From contig CBFHOE010000003.1 of NCBI GenBank assembly GCA_965657355.1, forward strand, positions 96,001-160,000: a stretch of 64,000 nt of DNA. The letters are read 5' to 3'. Below are positions 1 to 10,235 of this stretch, piece by piece. The translations under genes were made by a program, and so were the position numbers. The DNA is from Limisphaerales bacterium. Lineage in GTDB: Bacteria > Verrucomicrobiota > Verrucomicrobiia > Limisphaerales > JAJOIW01. The notes beneath the pieces were generated by a model. That model was not told the origin of the DNA. It searched no databases and worked only from the letters and a program-made list of their open reading frames with translations. Position 1 is the first letter of the stretch, and each line of letters opens with the position of its first letter.

Positions 1-100
1 TTTCAACTTCATTTTTTGCCGAATTTTCAGCGGCTTCTTGTGCCCGGATAATATTTCCGGCAAACAACGCCATTAGTATAATTAATCTAAATACCCGCAT
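1..100 (-). CDS. 5' part of a secreted protein (signal peptide), running off the window edge
   Basis: Manual translation from ATG at 100 gives MRVFRLIILMALFAGNIIRAQEAAENSAKNEVE..., open to position 1, with a Sec-type signal peptide pattern. Confidence 0.6.
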   Translation of the reverse strand, partial: MRVFRLIILMALFAGNIIRAQEAAENSAKNEVE

Positions 101-469
101 CTTCTTATGACCCAGGCTGACATGAAATTGTTTCTGTTAAAAGATAATCTTCCTCTTACAGGATCGAAATTATCTTAAAAATTAATTTGGTATCTATAAC
201 GGACTCTCAAAACTCCGAGTTTAGGAACCTAAGAGCCATTCGATGGTGTCATTATTTACCATTCAAATTAGATTTATTTTCCATTTCTATGCCTGTGAAC
301 AGTTTGTGAATTGTGTCTCAAATGAGCCGCTGGTAAATCAGACAATGTGGGTTTACGTTAAGCTCAAGATTGCTAAACTAGAAGTCGATATCGAATTGGT
401 GCAATGAGGCGTTTACGGAAATGTGCGCCCTCTCGTGCCATTTTATCTCAATTTTAAGACTAACAAACC

Positions 470-3400
470 ATGGTTCTTGGCAAGATTAACATTATAAAAG
501 TCCTTGCTTTGCTGTCCCTATTTTTCATTGGGCAGGCGTGGTGTTTTCTGATTGCAGCTGATATTGAGTTTAAAATAGGCGATAGGCGATTGAATTACAA
601 TATCGCACGAGATGAAATTGCTTACCGGTCTGGTGGTGATGACCATTTTGGATTGAGGGTCGAAAAAATAACAACCGGGTTCAGAAGGCTGAATCAATCC
701 TATGCCGAATTATCCCAACAGGGGGCTATGCCGGTCCTTTATTCAGATAACGGAGAGCGAACGAGTTCTAATCGAAGATTTGGAACGCCCATCATCATTA
801 TAGAGATGACGAATGGTGAGCCTGATGTAAATTGGTTTCGGCCAGCTCCTCTTGAAATTTCACAACTTTCCATCCCTGGATTAGCATTAGACAGTTTTTG
901 GAGAGCTCAATTCGAATCTCCTTGGGCCGCTCTGCAGGCTTTCAGTAATTTTGAAGCGCATTCCAAGGTCAAAATTATCTATCCGGAGCTGGGTAAAAAG
1001 TCTCTCAAACGTCTTATTCCCAATGACCCCCGATTCGGAGAGCAGTATCAGCTATATAACATCCAGCCTACCTTCATAGATCTTAACGTGGCCAGTGTTT
1101 GGGACACATACCGAGGAGCCAATAGTGTCATTGGTATCGTGGATGATGGTATTAATTACGCTCACAGCGATTTGAATATACGAAGTGACATTGATGTTAA
1201 TTATGACAGTGGTGATCCAAGCGATGGAAGCATTTCGGGGTTCTCCCATGGAACTGGTGTCGCGGGTATCGCTGCTGCAAGAGGCAACAATGGAGTCGGG
1301 GTAGCAGGTGTCGCCTTTGAGGGGCAGATTGTCAGTCTAAAACTGACTGCCGGAATCCAGACAGATTCCAGTGAAGCGTCCGCCTTTGCCCATCAAAGCA
1401 ACCTAATAACAGTAAAGAATTATAGCTGGGGACCAACAGACGATGGCTTCACACTTGAAGGGCCAGGCCCATTGGGAAAAGCCGCACTCGCACAGGCCGC
1501 CCAGACTGGTCGAGATGGTCTTGGTTCTATTCATGTGTGGGCAGCAGGTAACGGAGGGGCTTTAGATGATCTTAACAAAGATGGGTATGCCAATTCCATA
1601 TACACCATTGCTGTGGGGGCGCTGAATATGGATGGTTCTCAAGCATCGTTCAGTGAGTCGAGTACTAGTTTGATTTGTACTGCCCCGGTTGCCAATGGAA
1701 TACTCACGACCAATGGTTCAAACAGCTATATTGTTACCGGCGGGACTTCTGCCGCAGCACCTTCAGCTGCTGGTGTTGTTGCTTTAATGTTGCAGGCAAA
1801 CCCTCAGCTGGGATGGCGTGATGTTCAAGATATCTTAATCAGAACTGCAGCCAAGGTTCAAACGGGTGCCCCGGGATGGGTTACCAATGCAGCTGGCCTG
1901 TCATTCAATAGATCATACGGTGCCGGTAAAATTGACGCTCAAGCAGCTGTGGATATGGCGCTTGATCCAGGTCGAGACAATCTTGGGGCTCATACAAAGT
2001 TTACAGAGTCTAAGCAGGGTTTAGAGCAGTCTATCCCCGATAATTCAACAAATGGAAAATCTTTCTCATTTAATATAAACACCTCAAATTTCAAGACGGA
2101 ACATATCTCACTTAAGACAAATATAATTCATGGTAATAGAGGTGATTTAGAAATCGAAATCATATCTCCAAGTGGCACTAATTCGAAGTTAATAAAAAAT
2201 CACCAGGATACAAATGATAACTATTTTGAATGGGAATTCATGAGTGTGTTTTATTGGGGAGAAGATCCTAATGGAGTATGGACTGTTTTTATTCGAGATC
2301 TTTCTCCAGAGCACGTTGGATTGGTGCAAGATCTTGAGTTATCCATCTTTGGCTCAGGTGGGTCAAATCCCGATCCGGTTATTTCAAACATTAGTATACC
2401 TAATCAAGTGACTTCTTTTAATGGTCCACAACAGGCACTTGATATACTTCCATACACTGGACTCGGTTCTTTGGCCGATTTAAAGTCTCTGACGATAGAG
2501 CAAAACTCTAATCCATCGCTTTTACAAAAGGCTGAAATCCAGGGTAGTTTATTTATATACCAACCCAATGTGGGTGCTAACGGGATTGCATATATCGAGA
2601 TCGAGGCAAAAGATCAGTCTGATAATATATACATAGGGAGTTTCCAAGTTATCGTTCCTGCTCCAGATGTCATCCAAGTGACGTTGCCGGATAAGATTAT
2701 AAATCAAGATTCAGGTCAGCATTCAGTGAGCCTTTTACCTTTCAGTGATATAACAAATATTTCACAACTATCATCTATAATATTAACCAGTAATTCCAAT
2801 GCAGAGCTCCTTTCAGGGGTTGTAATCGATAATCAAGGTTATCTCAATTTTGACAGCCTAAATGGCGAGTATGGCGAAACCACATTGGGGTTCACTGCGG
2901 AAGCAAATAACGGGCAACCCTATGCAGGAGCAATAAAAATTATAGTCAATCAAGTCGCTTTAGTCGCTTTTGTTCCCAATCAAATAATTGATGAAAATAG
3001 CGGCAGTCATTTTGTTGATATATATTCCTTGCTTCAACTATCGAGTCCCAGTGAACTTACTTCGTTAACTTTAACAGGTAATACGTATCCCGGCTTATTG
3101 AAGCGTGCGGAGATGAGTAATGGCCAATTTGTTTTTGAACCTTTTAATGACAAGATTGGTGCGACAGCCATTTCTTTTGAAGCCACAACCTCACAGCTTT
3201 CATTCACTGGAAGTTTTAGTGTCACCGTCACCCCTATAACAAGGGTGCTGGAATTACCAGATCAGGAGGTATACGTAAACGCCAATCAGCAATCTTTAAG
3301 CGTTTTTTCTTATACAGGCTTAAGCAGTGTCAATGAGTTGAATTCTCAGTTGGTCATTTCTCAGTCAAATCCCGACTTGCTTTCAGCGATTTTGATGCAA

Positions 3401-6400
3401 GCTGGTCAGCTCATCTGGCAGCCCGTCTCTGGTCAAAAAGGAGAGAACCTTGTCACAATCAAGATCCAAGATATTTACGGAAGGAGTTACGAAGGCAGTG
3501 TTAAACTTATTGTAACGCAGCAGCGTATTGAAGCCTTGGTTCCCAATCAGCAAGTCACAGAAAATTCTGGGGCACAATCGTTAAATTTACTTTCATTTTT
3601 ACCATTAAACAATGGGGCTGAATTAGCTAGTTTTAATGTCTTATCGCAAACCAATTCGTCCTTGTTATCCTCTTTTTCTGAACAAGCTGGCTTATTTATA
3701 TATACTCCAGCTCAAGACGCATTTGGTTCCAATGCCCTAGAATTTGAGGCCGAGTCCACAGATGAAATTATTTATTTTGGGCAGTTTGAAGTGGCGGTTT
3801 CGCCTTTGGAAAAAGTTGTATCGATCCCGGCACAAAATGTTTTTGCTGGATCGTCACTGACGAGTGTTAATTTGCTTCCGTATTTTGGGTTAACGTCATT
3901 CAACCAAATTGCCTCCTTTACTTTTTCAGGTTCTACAAATTCTGGACTTTTATCGACTTCGATTTATGAAAATGGTTTTTACCGATTTCAACCAACCTTT
4001 GGAAGCGTAGGTTCTACAGAAGTGCCATTCACTGCAACTGGTTCAGATGGTAGACCCTACTCTGGAAAAATTTCTGTTACTGTGAGTCCTAGCAATCTTG
4101 AAATTTTATTACCTGATATCTCAGCAAGTGAAAATAGTGGTCAACAAGCAATCGATCTCTCCTCATTGATTGCTCAGAGTGATACATCGCCCATAAACTC
4201 TTTTGCAATAGATCAAAATACAAATCCTAGTTTATTTTCATTTCTAGATTTCAATAGTAACTCTGGCAGTTTGGAAATGAATATAGCTCCTAATAAATTT
4301 GGCCAAGCACAAATAGCGGTCTCAGGAACGTTGGCTAGTGGGCGAACTTTTTCCGGATCTTTTTCGGTAGTAATCCAGCCGAACACCAAGTTGGTTCTCC
4401 CGCCCAATATTACCCTTAGTGAGAATTCCACTGATCACAGTATCCCGATTGTAGATTATCTCGGGTTGAGTGGCACAACAGAATTGGTTGAAGTGAGCTT
4501 AACCAATATTACAAATGAGTCTCTTCTCACAGATGTCGTGATGGATGGTGGCTTTTTGAAATTTAATTTAAGGCCAGATTCTTTCGGTTCGACAGCCGTG
4601 TTTTTCACGGCTCTAGACTCAGATGGTCGACCCTATAACGGAAGTTTTGCAATAACTATTACACCTGATTTAAAGGAAGTCATAATTTCCGACAAGGTCG
4701 TTCAAGAAAACTCTGGGGTAAGTCAAATTGATCTTCTGCCGGTCCTTGGGGTGGAGCAACCACAAGAAGTTGCAGAAGTTGCAATCGTCTATCAATCCAA
4801 CCCGGGTTTAATTTCAACAATTAATTATATCAATGAAACCGGTCTACTCGAGTTTGGGACCGTATCTAACGTGTTTGGAGAAAGTGCTGTCTCGATAGCT
4901 GGTGAGTTAAAAACAGGTCGTCCTTTTTCGGGAAGCTTAAATATGATCGTCACTCCGATAACACGGGAGATTGATTTTCCACCATTTTACGCACCCGAAA
5001 ATGGTGGGCAGCGATCTGTTGATCTGGTGGAGGCATTTGGGTTTAATTCTGTTGCGGACATTATTTTACCCGAAGTATTAGATCAATCGAATCCGGTCCT
5101 ATTCAGTTCGTTGGAAATTGATAATGGCTATTTGATATTTAATCCAACCCCCGATTTTTTTGGAGAAAATCTAATCACTATTTCTGTTATTGATGGTATA
5201 GGCCGCCCTCATATTGGAGAATTAAATGTAATCATCCAACCCTCTGAAAAAGCCATTGAAATTCCAGACCAAGTGGTCAACGAGAACTCCGGGAGCCACA
5301 ACCTTTCAGTATACGAATTTATAACTTTTGATGCGGGAACAGAGTTAGTTGTAGTCGAACTTTTCAACGTATCAAATCCCGGGTTATTCACGAGTATTGA
5401 TGTTTTAAATGGGGTTGTTCAATACACATTGAAAAATGACAGATTTGGATCAACTACAATAGTTGTTACTGCTGAAGGTTCAAATGGTCGTCAATATGAG
5501 GGGAGTTTTAAAATCACCATTACGCCTAATTTAAAGGAAGTCGTAATTCCCGATAAGGTCGTTCAAGAAAACTCTGGGGTCTGTCAAATTGATCTTCTGC
5601 CGATCCTTGGGGGGGAGCAACCACAAGAAGTTGCAATCGTCTATCAATCCAACCCGGGATTAATTTCAACAATTAATTATATCAATGAAACCGGTCTACT
5701 CGAGTTTGGGACCGTATCTAACGTGTTTGGAGAAAGTGCTGTCTCGATAGCTGGTGAGTTAAAAACAGGTCGTCCTTTTTCGGGAAGCTTAAATATAACT
5801 GTTGTTCCAAATACCCGTGATGTAATTCTATCAACAATATCTCTTTCCGAAAATGCTGGTCAGCAATTATTAAATCTTAACACAGCATTTGAATTAAACC
5901 CTTTGGATAATTTTATTTCATCGGAAATTATATCTCAGACTAATGCTCCACTTTTTTCTTCCATTAATATTGAAATTGGAAATTTAATTTTCGTTCCAAG
6001 ACCTAACGTCTTTGGTGAAAACAAAATAATAATTTCTGCTATCAATGCATCAGGCCGACCTTATTTAGGCGAGCTCATTGTTTCGATTTTACCTAATCAG
6101 AGAAACGTTTCTATTCCGAATCAGGTTGTTAGTGAAAATACAGGTCAGCATATTTTGGCTTTAGAAAATTTCATTGCACTGGATACTGGCGCTCAGATAG
6201 CTGCAGCGGAATTTGAGGTGTTATCAAATCCTGATTTGTTTTCAGGTATAGAAATAGTAGGCGGGTCACTTCTTTACACCCCAAGATTAAATACATTTGG
6301 ATCTTCTGATGTGAATATTTTTATTCAAGCGATAAATGGGCGCACTTATCAGGGGAGTTTTGAAATAAGTATAACGCCTAATTATAAAAGTTTTGTATTT

Positions 6401-8239
6401 CCTAACATTTTTTTGGAGGAAAATAGTGATCCTGAAGAAGTTGATTTGGCACTAGCCCTTGGGCTTAGCAATGCCAATGAAATAAGCGAGGTACTCGTAA
6501 AATCAAACAGTAATCCTTCTCTTATACCATCTGTTGATTATAGTCCTGCAAAGGGTCGGATAGAGTTTTCTCTAAGTGCCAATACATTTGGCGACGGGAT
6601 TCTATTACTGGATGGAATTTTGCGTTCAGGTCGCCCGTTTTCAGGTCGTATAAACGTGACGGTGATTCCTGCAATTAGGGAGTTGGATTTTCCTCCTATG
6701 ATAATTCCTGAAAATTCGATTGTGCAGTCTATCGACTTAAAAGAGGCATTTGGAATTAAATCTCCGAATGGGATGATCTCACCTCAGATAAGTGCCCAAA
6801 CCAACCCTGACTTATTCCACTCATTGGAGATAAGCGATGGGGCACTTTTATTTATTCCTACCATAGACCTGTTTGGTGTGAATGATTTGACTATTACCGC
6901 ACTAGACACTGATGGGCGCCCATACGTTGGCAAATTAAGTGTTATCGTTGAGCCATTAATACGAATTGTAAATATTCCGCCACAAAATATTGTAGGAAAT
7001 TTTGAAGCGAATACTTTTGATTTAGTCGGATTTTTTCCTTTCGATGAAGGCGACTACCTTGGTGCAATACAAATCGATCAAATAACGGATCAAAGTTTTT
7101 TTCAATCTATCTCCTTAATTGAAAGTAGTATCCAATACCAATTATTACCCAACACTGTAGGGACAACCATTGTAAACTTTTCGGCAACATCGAATGTCGG
7201 TAGACCTTTTCGAGGAGAATTTGTTTTAAACGTATCCAATAGTGTTGAAGAGATCATTCTCGACGATCATGTCGTAATGGAAAATACTTCGGAAACAATT
7301 ATCAACGTTGTTCCATTCCTTAATCAAGGAACCTCACCTGAGATAATTAATTTTGAAATCACTGCACAATCAAATCCTAATCTAATAACTGGTTACGATT
7401 TAAACGAGGGTGCCATGGTCCTATATCCAGCTCTAAATAAGTTCGGTGAAAATATTATTTCTTTTCAATTAAGAGTTGCCGGAGGTCAAAGATTTGATGG
7501 AACTGTGAAGTTGATAATAGACCCTATCATCGAAAGCATATTGTTTGACGAAATCCTTTTGGAGTCTAGTCCAACCCAATTTGAGATAGACCTCAATGAC
7601 CACTCAAAAGTGCGAAATCTCACCCGTTTTACAATTGAAGGACCTGTCTCTAATGAATTAGTGAGTCAAATTGCTATCGATGGGGCAATTTTAAAGATTA
7701 AACCAAATTTGGCCCGCAGCGGTGAATTACTCATAGGCTTGAAAGCATTCAATGCAGACGGCCGTCCTTTCCATATTCAACTGCCTATAATTTTGGATTC
7801 TTTTAAGTTTTGGATGAACCAAAATTTTGACTCTAGTGAATTGGTAGACCCAGCACTGGAGCAAACCCTTTGGGGAAGGGAGGCCGACCCTGATGGTGAT
7901 GGCTGGGATAATTACTCTGAATATGCTTTGGGAGGAAATCCAAAAATTAGAGAACTAAAACTTGATTGGATCTCTGTGTCATTGCAAAAAATCGATAACA
8001 ATCGGTTTCAATTATTAAAATTGCGAATCCGTAATAATGACGAAAACTTACTCGTTATTCCTCAAATTTCATATGACAGAAACACATGGTCAAATGTGCC
8101 TTTGTTAGGAGATGACGTTATGGAATTGGTCAGTATCGAAAACGAAACCCAATTCACGGTATACACTCTTCGGAGCCTCAAGCCACTTTCTGCTAATACT
8201 CCGGAATATCTTAGGGTTCTGTTTGACAGAATAGATTAG
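470..8239 (+). CDS. Giant secreted S8 (kexin/proprotein convertase-like) serine protease with P-domain, ~19 Ig/cadherin-like repeats and a DxDxDG C-terminal module
   Basis: Signal peptide; triad motifs IGIVDDG, SHGTGVAG and GGTSAAAP; oxyanion AAGNGG; kexin-type WRDVQ and YGAGKIDA; P-domain HGNRGDLEI; ~97-aa repeats; ADPDGDGWDNYSEYALGGNP near the C-terminus. Confidence 0.9.
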   Translation: MVLGKINIIKVLALLSLFFIGQAWCFLIAADIEFKIGDRRLNYNIARDEIAYRSGGDDHFGLRVEKITTGFRRLNQSYAELSQQGAMPVLYSDNGERTSSNRRFGTPIIIIEMTNGEPDVNWFRPAPLEISQLSIPGLALDSFWRAQFESPWAALQAFSNFEAHSKVKIIYPELGKKSLKRLIPNDPRFGEQYQLYNIQPTFIDLNVASVWDTYRGANSVIGIVDDGINYAHSDLNIRSDIDVNYDSGDPSDGSISGFSHGTGVAGIAAARGNNGVGVAGVAFEGQIVSLKLTAGIQTDSSEASAFAHQSNLITVKNYSWGPTDDGFTLEGPGPLGKAALAQAAQTGRDGLGSIHVWAAGNGGALDDLNKDGYANSIYTIAVGALNMDGSQASFSESSTSLICTAPVANGILTTNGSNSYIVTGGTSAAAPSAAGVVALMLQANPQLGWRDVQDILIRTAAKVQTGAPGWVTNAAGLSFNRSYGAGKIDAQAAVDMALDPGRDNLGAHTKFTESKQGLEQSIPDNSTNGKSFSFNINTSNFKTEHISLKTNIIHGNRGDLEIEIISPSGTNSKLIKNHQDTNDNYFEWEFMSVFYWGEDPNGVWTVFIRDLSPEHVGLVQDLELSIFGSGGSNPDPVISNISIPNQVTSFNGPQQALDILPYTGLGSLADLKSLTIEQNSNPSLLQKAEIQGSLFIYQPNVGANGIAYIEIEAKDQSDNIYIGSFQVIVPAPDVIQVTLPDKIINQDSGQHSVSLLPFSDITNISQLSSIILTSNSNAELLSGVVIDNQGYLNFDSLNGEYGETTLGFTAEANNGQPYAGAIKIIVNQVALVAFVPNQIIDENSGSHFVDIYSLLQLSSPSELTSLTLTGNTYPGLLKRAEMSNGQFVFEPFNDKIGATAISFEATTSQLSFTGSFSVTVTPITRVLELPDQEVYVNANQQSLSVFSYTGLSSVNELNSQLVISQSNPDLLSAILMQAGQLIWQPVSGQKGENLVTIKIQDIYGRSYEGSVKLIVTQQRIEALVPNQQVTENSGAQSLNLLSFLPLNNGAELASFNVLSQTNSSLLSSFSEQAGLFIYTPAQDAFGSNALEFEAESTDEIIYFGQFEVAVSPLEKVVSIPAQNVFAGSSLTSVNLLPYFGLTSFNQIASFTFSGSTNSGLLSTSIYENGFYRFQPTFGSVGSTEVPFTATGSDGRPYSGKISVTVSPSNLEILLPDISASENSGQQAIDLSSLIAQSDTSPINSFAIDQNTNPSLFSFLDFNSNSGSLEMNIAPNKFGQAQIAVSGTLASGRTFSGSFSVVIQPNTKLVLPPNITLSENSTDHSIPIVDYLGLSGTTELVEVSLTNITNESLLTDVVMDGGFLKFNLRPDSFGSTAVFFTALDSDGRPYNGSFAITITPDLKEVIISDKVVQENSGVSQIDLLPVLGVEQPQEVAEVAIVYQSNPGLISTINYINETGLLEFGTVSNVFGESAVSIAGELKTGRPFSGSLNMIVTPITREIDFPPFYAPENGGQRSVDLVEAFGFNSVADIILPEVLDQSNPVLFSSLEIDNGYLIFNPTPDFFGENLITISVIDGIGRPHIGELNVIIQPSEKAIEIPDQVVNENSGSHNLSVYEFITFDAGTELVVVELFNVSNPGLFTSIDVLNGVVQYTLKNDRFGSTTIVVTAEGSNGRQYEGSFKITITPNLKEVVIPDKVVQENSGVCQIDLLPILGGEQPQEVAIVYQSNPGLISTINYINETGLLEFGTVSNVFGESAVSIAGELKTGRPFSGSLNITVVPNTRDVILSTISLSENAGQQLLNLNTAFELNPLDNFISSEIISQTNAPLFSSINIEIGNLIFVPRPNVFGENKIIISAINASGRPYLGELIVSILPNQRNVSIPNQVVSENTGQHILALENFIALDTGAQIAAAEFEVLSNPDLFSGIEIVGGSLLYTPRLNTFGSSDVNIFIQAINGRTYQGSFEISITPNYKSFVFPNIFLEENSDPEEVDLALALGLSNANEISEVLVKSNSNPSLIPSVDYSPAKGRIEFSLSANTFGDGILLLDGILRSGRPFSGRINVTVIPAIRELDFPPMIIPENSIVQSIDLKEAFGIKSPNGMISPQISAQTNPDLFHSLEISDGALLFIPTIDLFGVNDLTITALDTDGRPYVGKLSVIVEPLIRIVNIPPQNIVGNFEANTFDLVGFFPFDEGDYLGAIQIDQITDQSFFQSISLIESSIQYQLLPNTVGTTIVNFSATSNVGRPFRGEFVLNVSNSVEEIILDDHVVMENTSETIINVVPFLNQGTSPEIINFEITAQSNPNLITGYDLNEGAMVLYPALNKFGENIISFQLRVAGGQRFDGTVKLIIDPIIESILFDEILLESSPTQFEIDLNDHSKVRNLTRFTIEGPVSNELVSQIAIDGAILKIKPNLARSGELLIGLKAFNADGRPFHIQLPIILDSFKFWMNQNFDSSELVDPALEQTLWGREADPDGDGWDNYSEYALGGNPKIRELKLDWISVSLQKIDNNRFQLLKLRIRNNDENLLVIPQISYDRNTWSNVPLLGDDVMELVSIENETQFTVYTLRSLKPLSANTPEYLRVLFDRID
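4668..4944 (+). repeat. Copy 1 of a near-identical ~270-bp internal duplication (repeat unit 9)
   Basis: Almost base-identical to 5529-5796; carries an extra 9-bp gaagttgca unit. Confidence 0.95.
5529..5796 (+). repeat. Copy 2 of the near-identical ~270-bp internal duplication (repeat unit 12)
   Basis: Almost base-identical to 4668-4944; offset is 861 bp before the 9-bp indel and 852 bp after it. Confidence 0.95.
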
Positions 8240-8362
8240 TATTTTATCCACTGCCCCCAATCTGGTTCATGATGATATTATCCAACATTATCAAAGAAGA
8301 CTTCGTAGGTTTGACAGACTAGAGTCTTTGAAGTTTGCAGCCAAGTGTGGTCTAATGGCATC

Positions 8363-9169
8363 ATGAGTTTTCAGCTTTGTCTAAATACCAGCACTATAAA
8401 ACCCCAACCTATTCTTAAGAAAATTGAATTAGCCTCAAAGGCAGGCTTTTCTGGGGTGGAATTGTGGATCAATGATATTTACGAATTCATTGGCCAGGGT
8501 GGGGAGGTTAGTGATATAGAGAAAGCGCTTAAAGATAATCAACTTTTTGTTCCTTGCGCTATTGCTTGCCGCCAATGGGCCGATGCCGTTGGTCCTGAAT
8601 ATCAATTGGCGTTGGATGAGGCAAAGCGCCGAATGGAATTAGCCGCTCGAATTGGTTCGCCCTGGTTGGTGGCGACACCTCCAAGAGAGATATGTGACCA
8701 CGGTGTTATTGCCGAGAGGTATCAGCAGCTATTGAGTATCGGCCGTTCGGTAGGAGTTAAGCCAACTTTTGAATATATCGGATTCTTCAAATCGGTTAAG
8801 AGCTTGTCAGAAGCTTGGAAAATTGTGCAAGAAGCTAATGATCCGGATGCGACTCTCATTCTTGATGCTTTTCATAATTGGAATAGTGGTTCAACGAATG
8901 AGGATCTTCTAAAAATACCAGCGGATCGAATAAGTCATTATCACATTGATGATGCTCATCCTGATAAACAAGTGGGCACGCAGACTGATCCAGATAGGGT
9001 TATGATTGGCGAAGGCCAAATCGATCTGGTTTCAGAGATAAAAACTCTCAAAAAGATCGGGTATGAGGGAACTGTTAGTCTCGAGCTTTTCAATGCTGAC
9101 TTGTGGAAAAAAGATCCACTCGAAGTTTTAAAGCACGGCATTGATAAAATGAGAGAACTTCTCGATTAA
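8363..9169 (+). CDS. Sugar phosphate isomerase/epimerase family TIM-barrel protein (AP_endonuc_2/IolE-like)
   Basis: AGFSGVELW, FEYIG, LILDAFH, HYHIDDA, IGEGQID and GYEGTVSLELF metal-binding motifs; ATG 8363 preferred over GTG 8345. Confidence 0.85.
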   Translation: MSFQLCLNTSTIKPQPILKKIELASKAGFSGVELWINDIYEFIGQGGEVSDIEKALKDNQLFVPCAIACRQWADAVGPEYQLALDEAKRRMELAARIGSPWLVATPPREICDHGVIAERYQQLLSIGRSVGVKPTFEYIGFFKSVKSLSEAWKIVQEANDPDATLILDAFHNWNSGSTNEDLLKIPADRISHYHIDDAHPDKQVGTQTDPDRVMIGEGQIDLVSEIKTLKKIGYEGTVSLELFNADLWKKDPLEVLKHGIDKMRELLD

Positions 9170-9207
9170 CTCTTTTCTAAAAATCTTTAAGTATAAAGGT
9201 TAGAGTT

Positions 9208-9714
9208 GTGCTCCCACTCATAAGAAAGACTGGCTGCTTCGTTCTGGGCTTTGGGTTTGGGCTTTACATTCATATTCCCAGGGTCATCCATGATATGTCT
9301 GAAAATGATCTTAAAACAATTGAAATACTCTCACCTTTCGTTCTCATTTTCTGTGGGATTTTATTAAATGGAACCTATACAAAAGGCGAGCGATTAAGAA
9401 GAAGAGCCGGTAGGGAATCTAAGCTGCGAAATTTAAGAAGAAGATTTGGCAGCCGTCTTGTTTCACGATTAGAAAAGACTGGTTGGACCTTCATGGTGTT
9501 AAGTTCCATTTTTTGGTTTTTGTTATCTAGCTCGCCTCTCAAACATTATTCCTATTTTTTCGGATGTATTTTTATTACGGGTTATTTACTGGTGCTCACT
9601 TTGTGTGATCATTACAGGACGGTAAATTTCCTTGATATATGCAATATTTACTCAAAGCCAGCGGTTAAGAACTCTCAAAGTGCACCAAATGAAACTCGTG
9701 AATTAAGCTCCTAA
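9208..9714 (+). CDS. Hypothetical membrane protein
   Basis: 168-aa ORF with about four hydrophobic segments filling the gap between genes; no recognisable motif. Confidence 0.55.
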   Translation: MLPLIRKTGCFVLGFGFGLYIHIPRVIHDMSENDLKTIEILSPFVLIFCGILLNGTYTKGERLRRRAGRESKLRNLRRRFGSRLVSRLEKTGWTFMVLSSIFWFLLSSSPLKHYSYFFGCIFITGYLLVLTLCDHYRTVNFLDICNIYSKPAVKNSQSAPNETRELSS

Positions 9715-9738
9715 TGTTCTTCGGTTTATTTTTGTAGT

Positions 9739-10197
9739 TTAAATTTCTTTAATAATAATATTTGCAATTTTCCATCCTGATATGGACATTCTTGCGGTGA
9801 TATCGGTTTCGAGAATGAGCTCTTCCCCAGACTTTTTAATAATATGAAGTTTTCCTACAAGTCTCTCAGCGTTAGCGAATTCATATTCCGCGAATTTTAC
9901 ACTATTGTGTGTGGTTCCATTCTCAGGGAATAAGTCGTTAATAATCGCCAGGTAGTATTGCTTTCTTGACTGTTGTTCAAAGATTTCAGTTGGAGATCCC
10001 CCACGTATCGGTGCCTCAAATCGCACGAAGCATCGCGCAAGTCTTTCTTTGTTACCCGCTTTTATTGATTCTGTAAATTTTGTAACTAGATTTTCTATGG
10101 GCGGAAGTGAATTCGAGTCTCCACAGCCCACACTAAAAAGCCCTATAAATATAATTGAAAAGGCGAGTTGAAAGAATTTTGTTTGGGAAATCATCAT
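9739..10197 (-). CDS. Hypothetical lipoprotein
   Basis: Hydrophobic N-terminus ending in a lipobox-like LFSVG-C; co-oriented directly downstream of the matrixin gene. Confidence 0.7.
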   Translation of the reverse strand: MMISQTKFFQLAFSIIFIGLFSVGCGDSNSLPPIENLVTKFTESIKAGNKERLARCFVRFEAPIRGGSPTEIFEQQSRKQYYLAIINDLFPENGTTHNSVKFAEYEFANAERLVGKLHIIKKSGEELILETDITARMSISGWKIANIIIKEI

Positions 10198-10235
10198 GTT
10201 TGAAAATATATAAAAATCTTAGGCTTTCGATTATC

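Larger units (their letters stand above)
2370..7795 (+). repeat. Array of ~19 tandem ~97-aa (~290 bp) beta-sandwich repeats within the S8 protease
   Basis: Recurring pattern P-x-Q/K-x-V-x-ENSG ... SNPxL ... FG ... GRPY/FxGxFxVxVxP; 19 units counted by eye in the translation. Confidence 0.85.

Noticed and set aside
200..240. Small nested inverted repeats in the divergent promoter region
   Set aside because: The stems are 4-5 bp with very small loops, as expected by chance; no tRNA or riboswitch signature.
424..442. TGGCACG on the minus strand resembling a sigma-54 -24 box
   Set aside because: The GC of the -12 element is 11 rather than 10 nt from GG, and TTGC is absent.
2370..7795. Regularly spaced repeats considered as a CRISPR array or DGR template/variable repeat pair
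   Set aside because: The repeats are in-frame protein domains of ~290 bp. Differences between the two near-identical copies are not adenine-specific, and no cas or reverse transcriptase gene is present.
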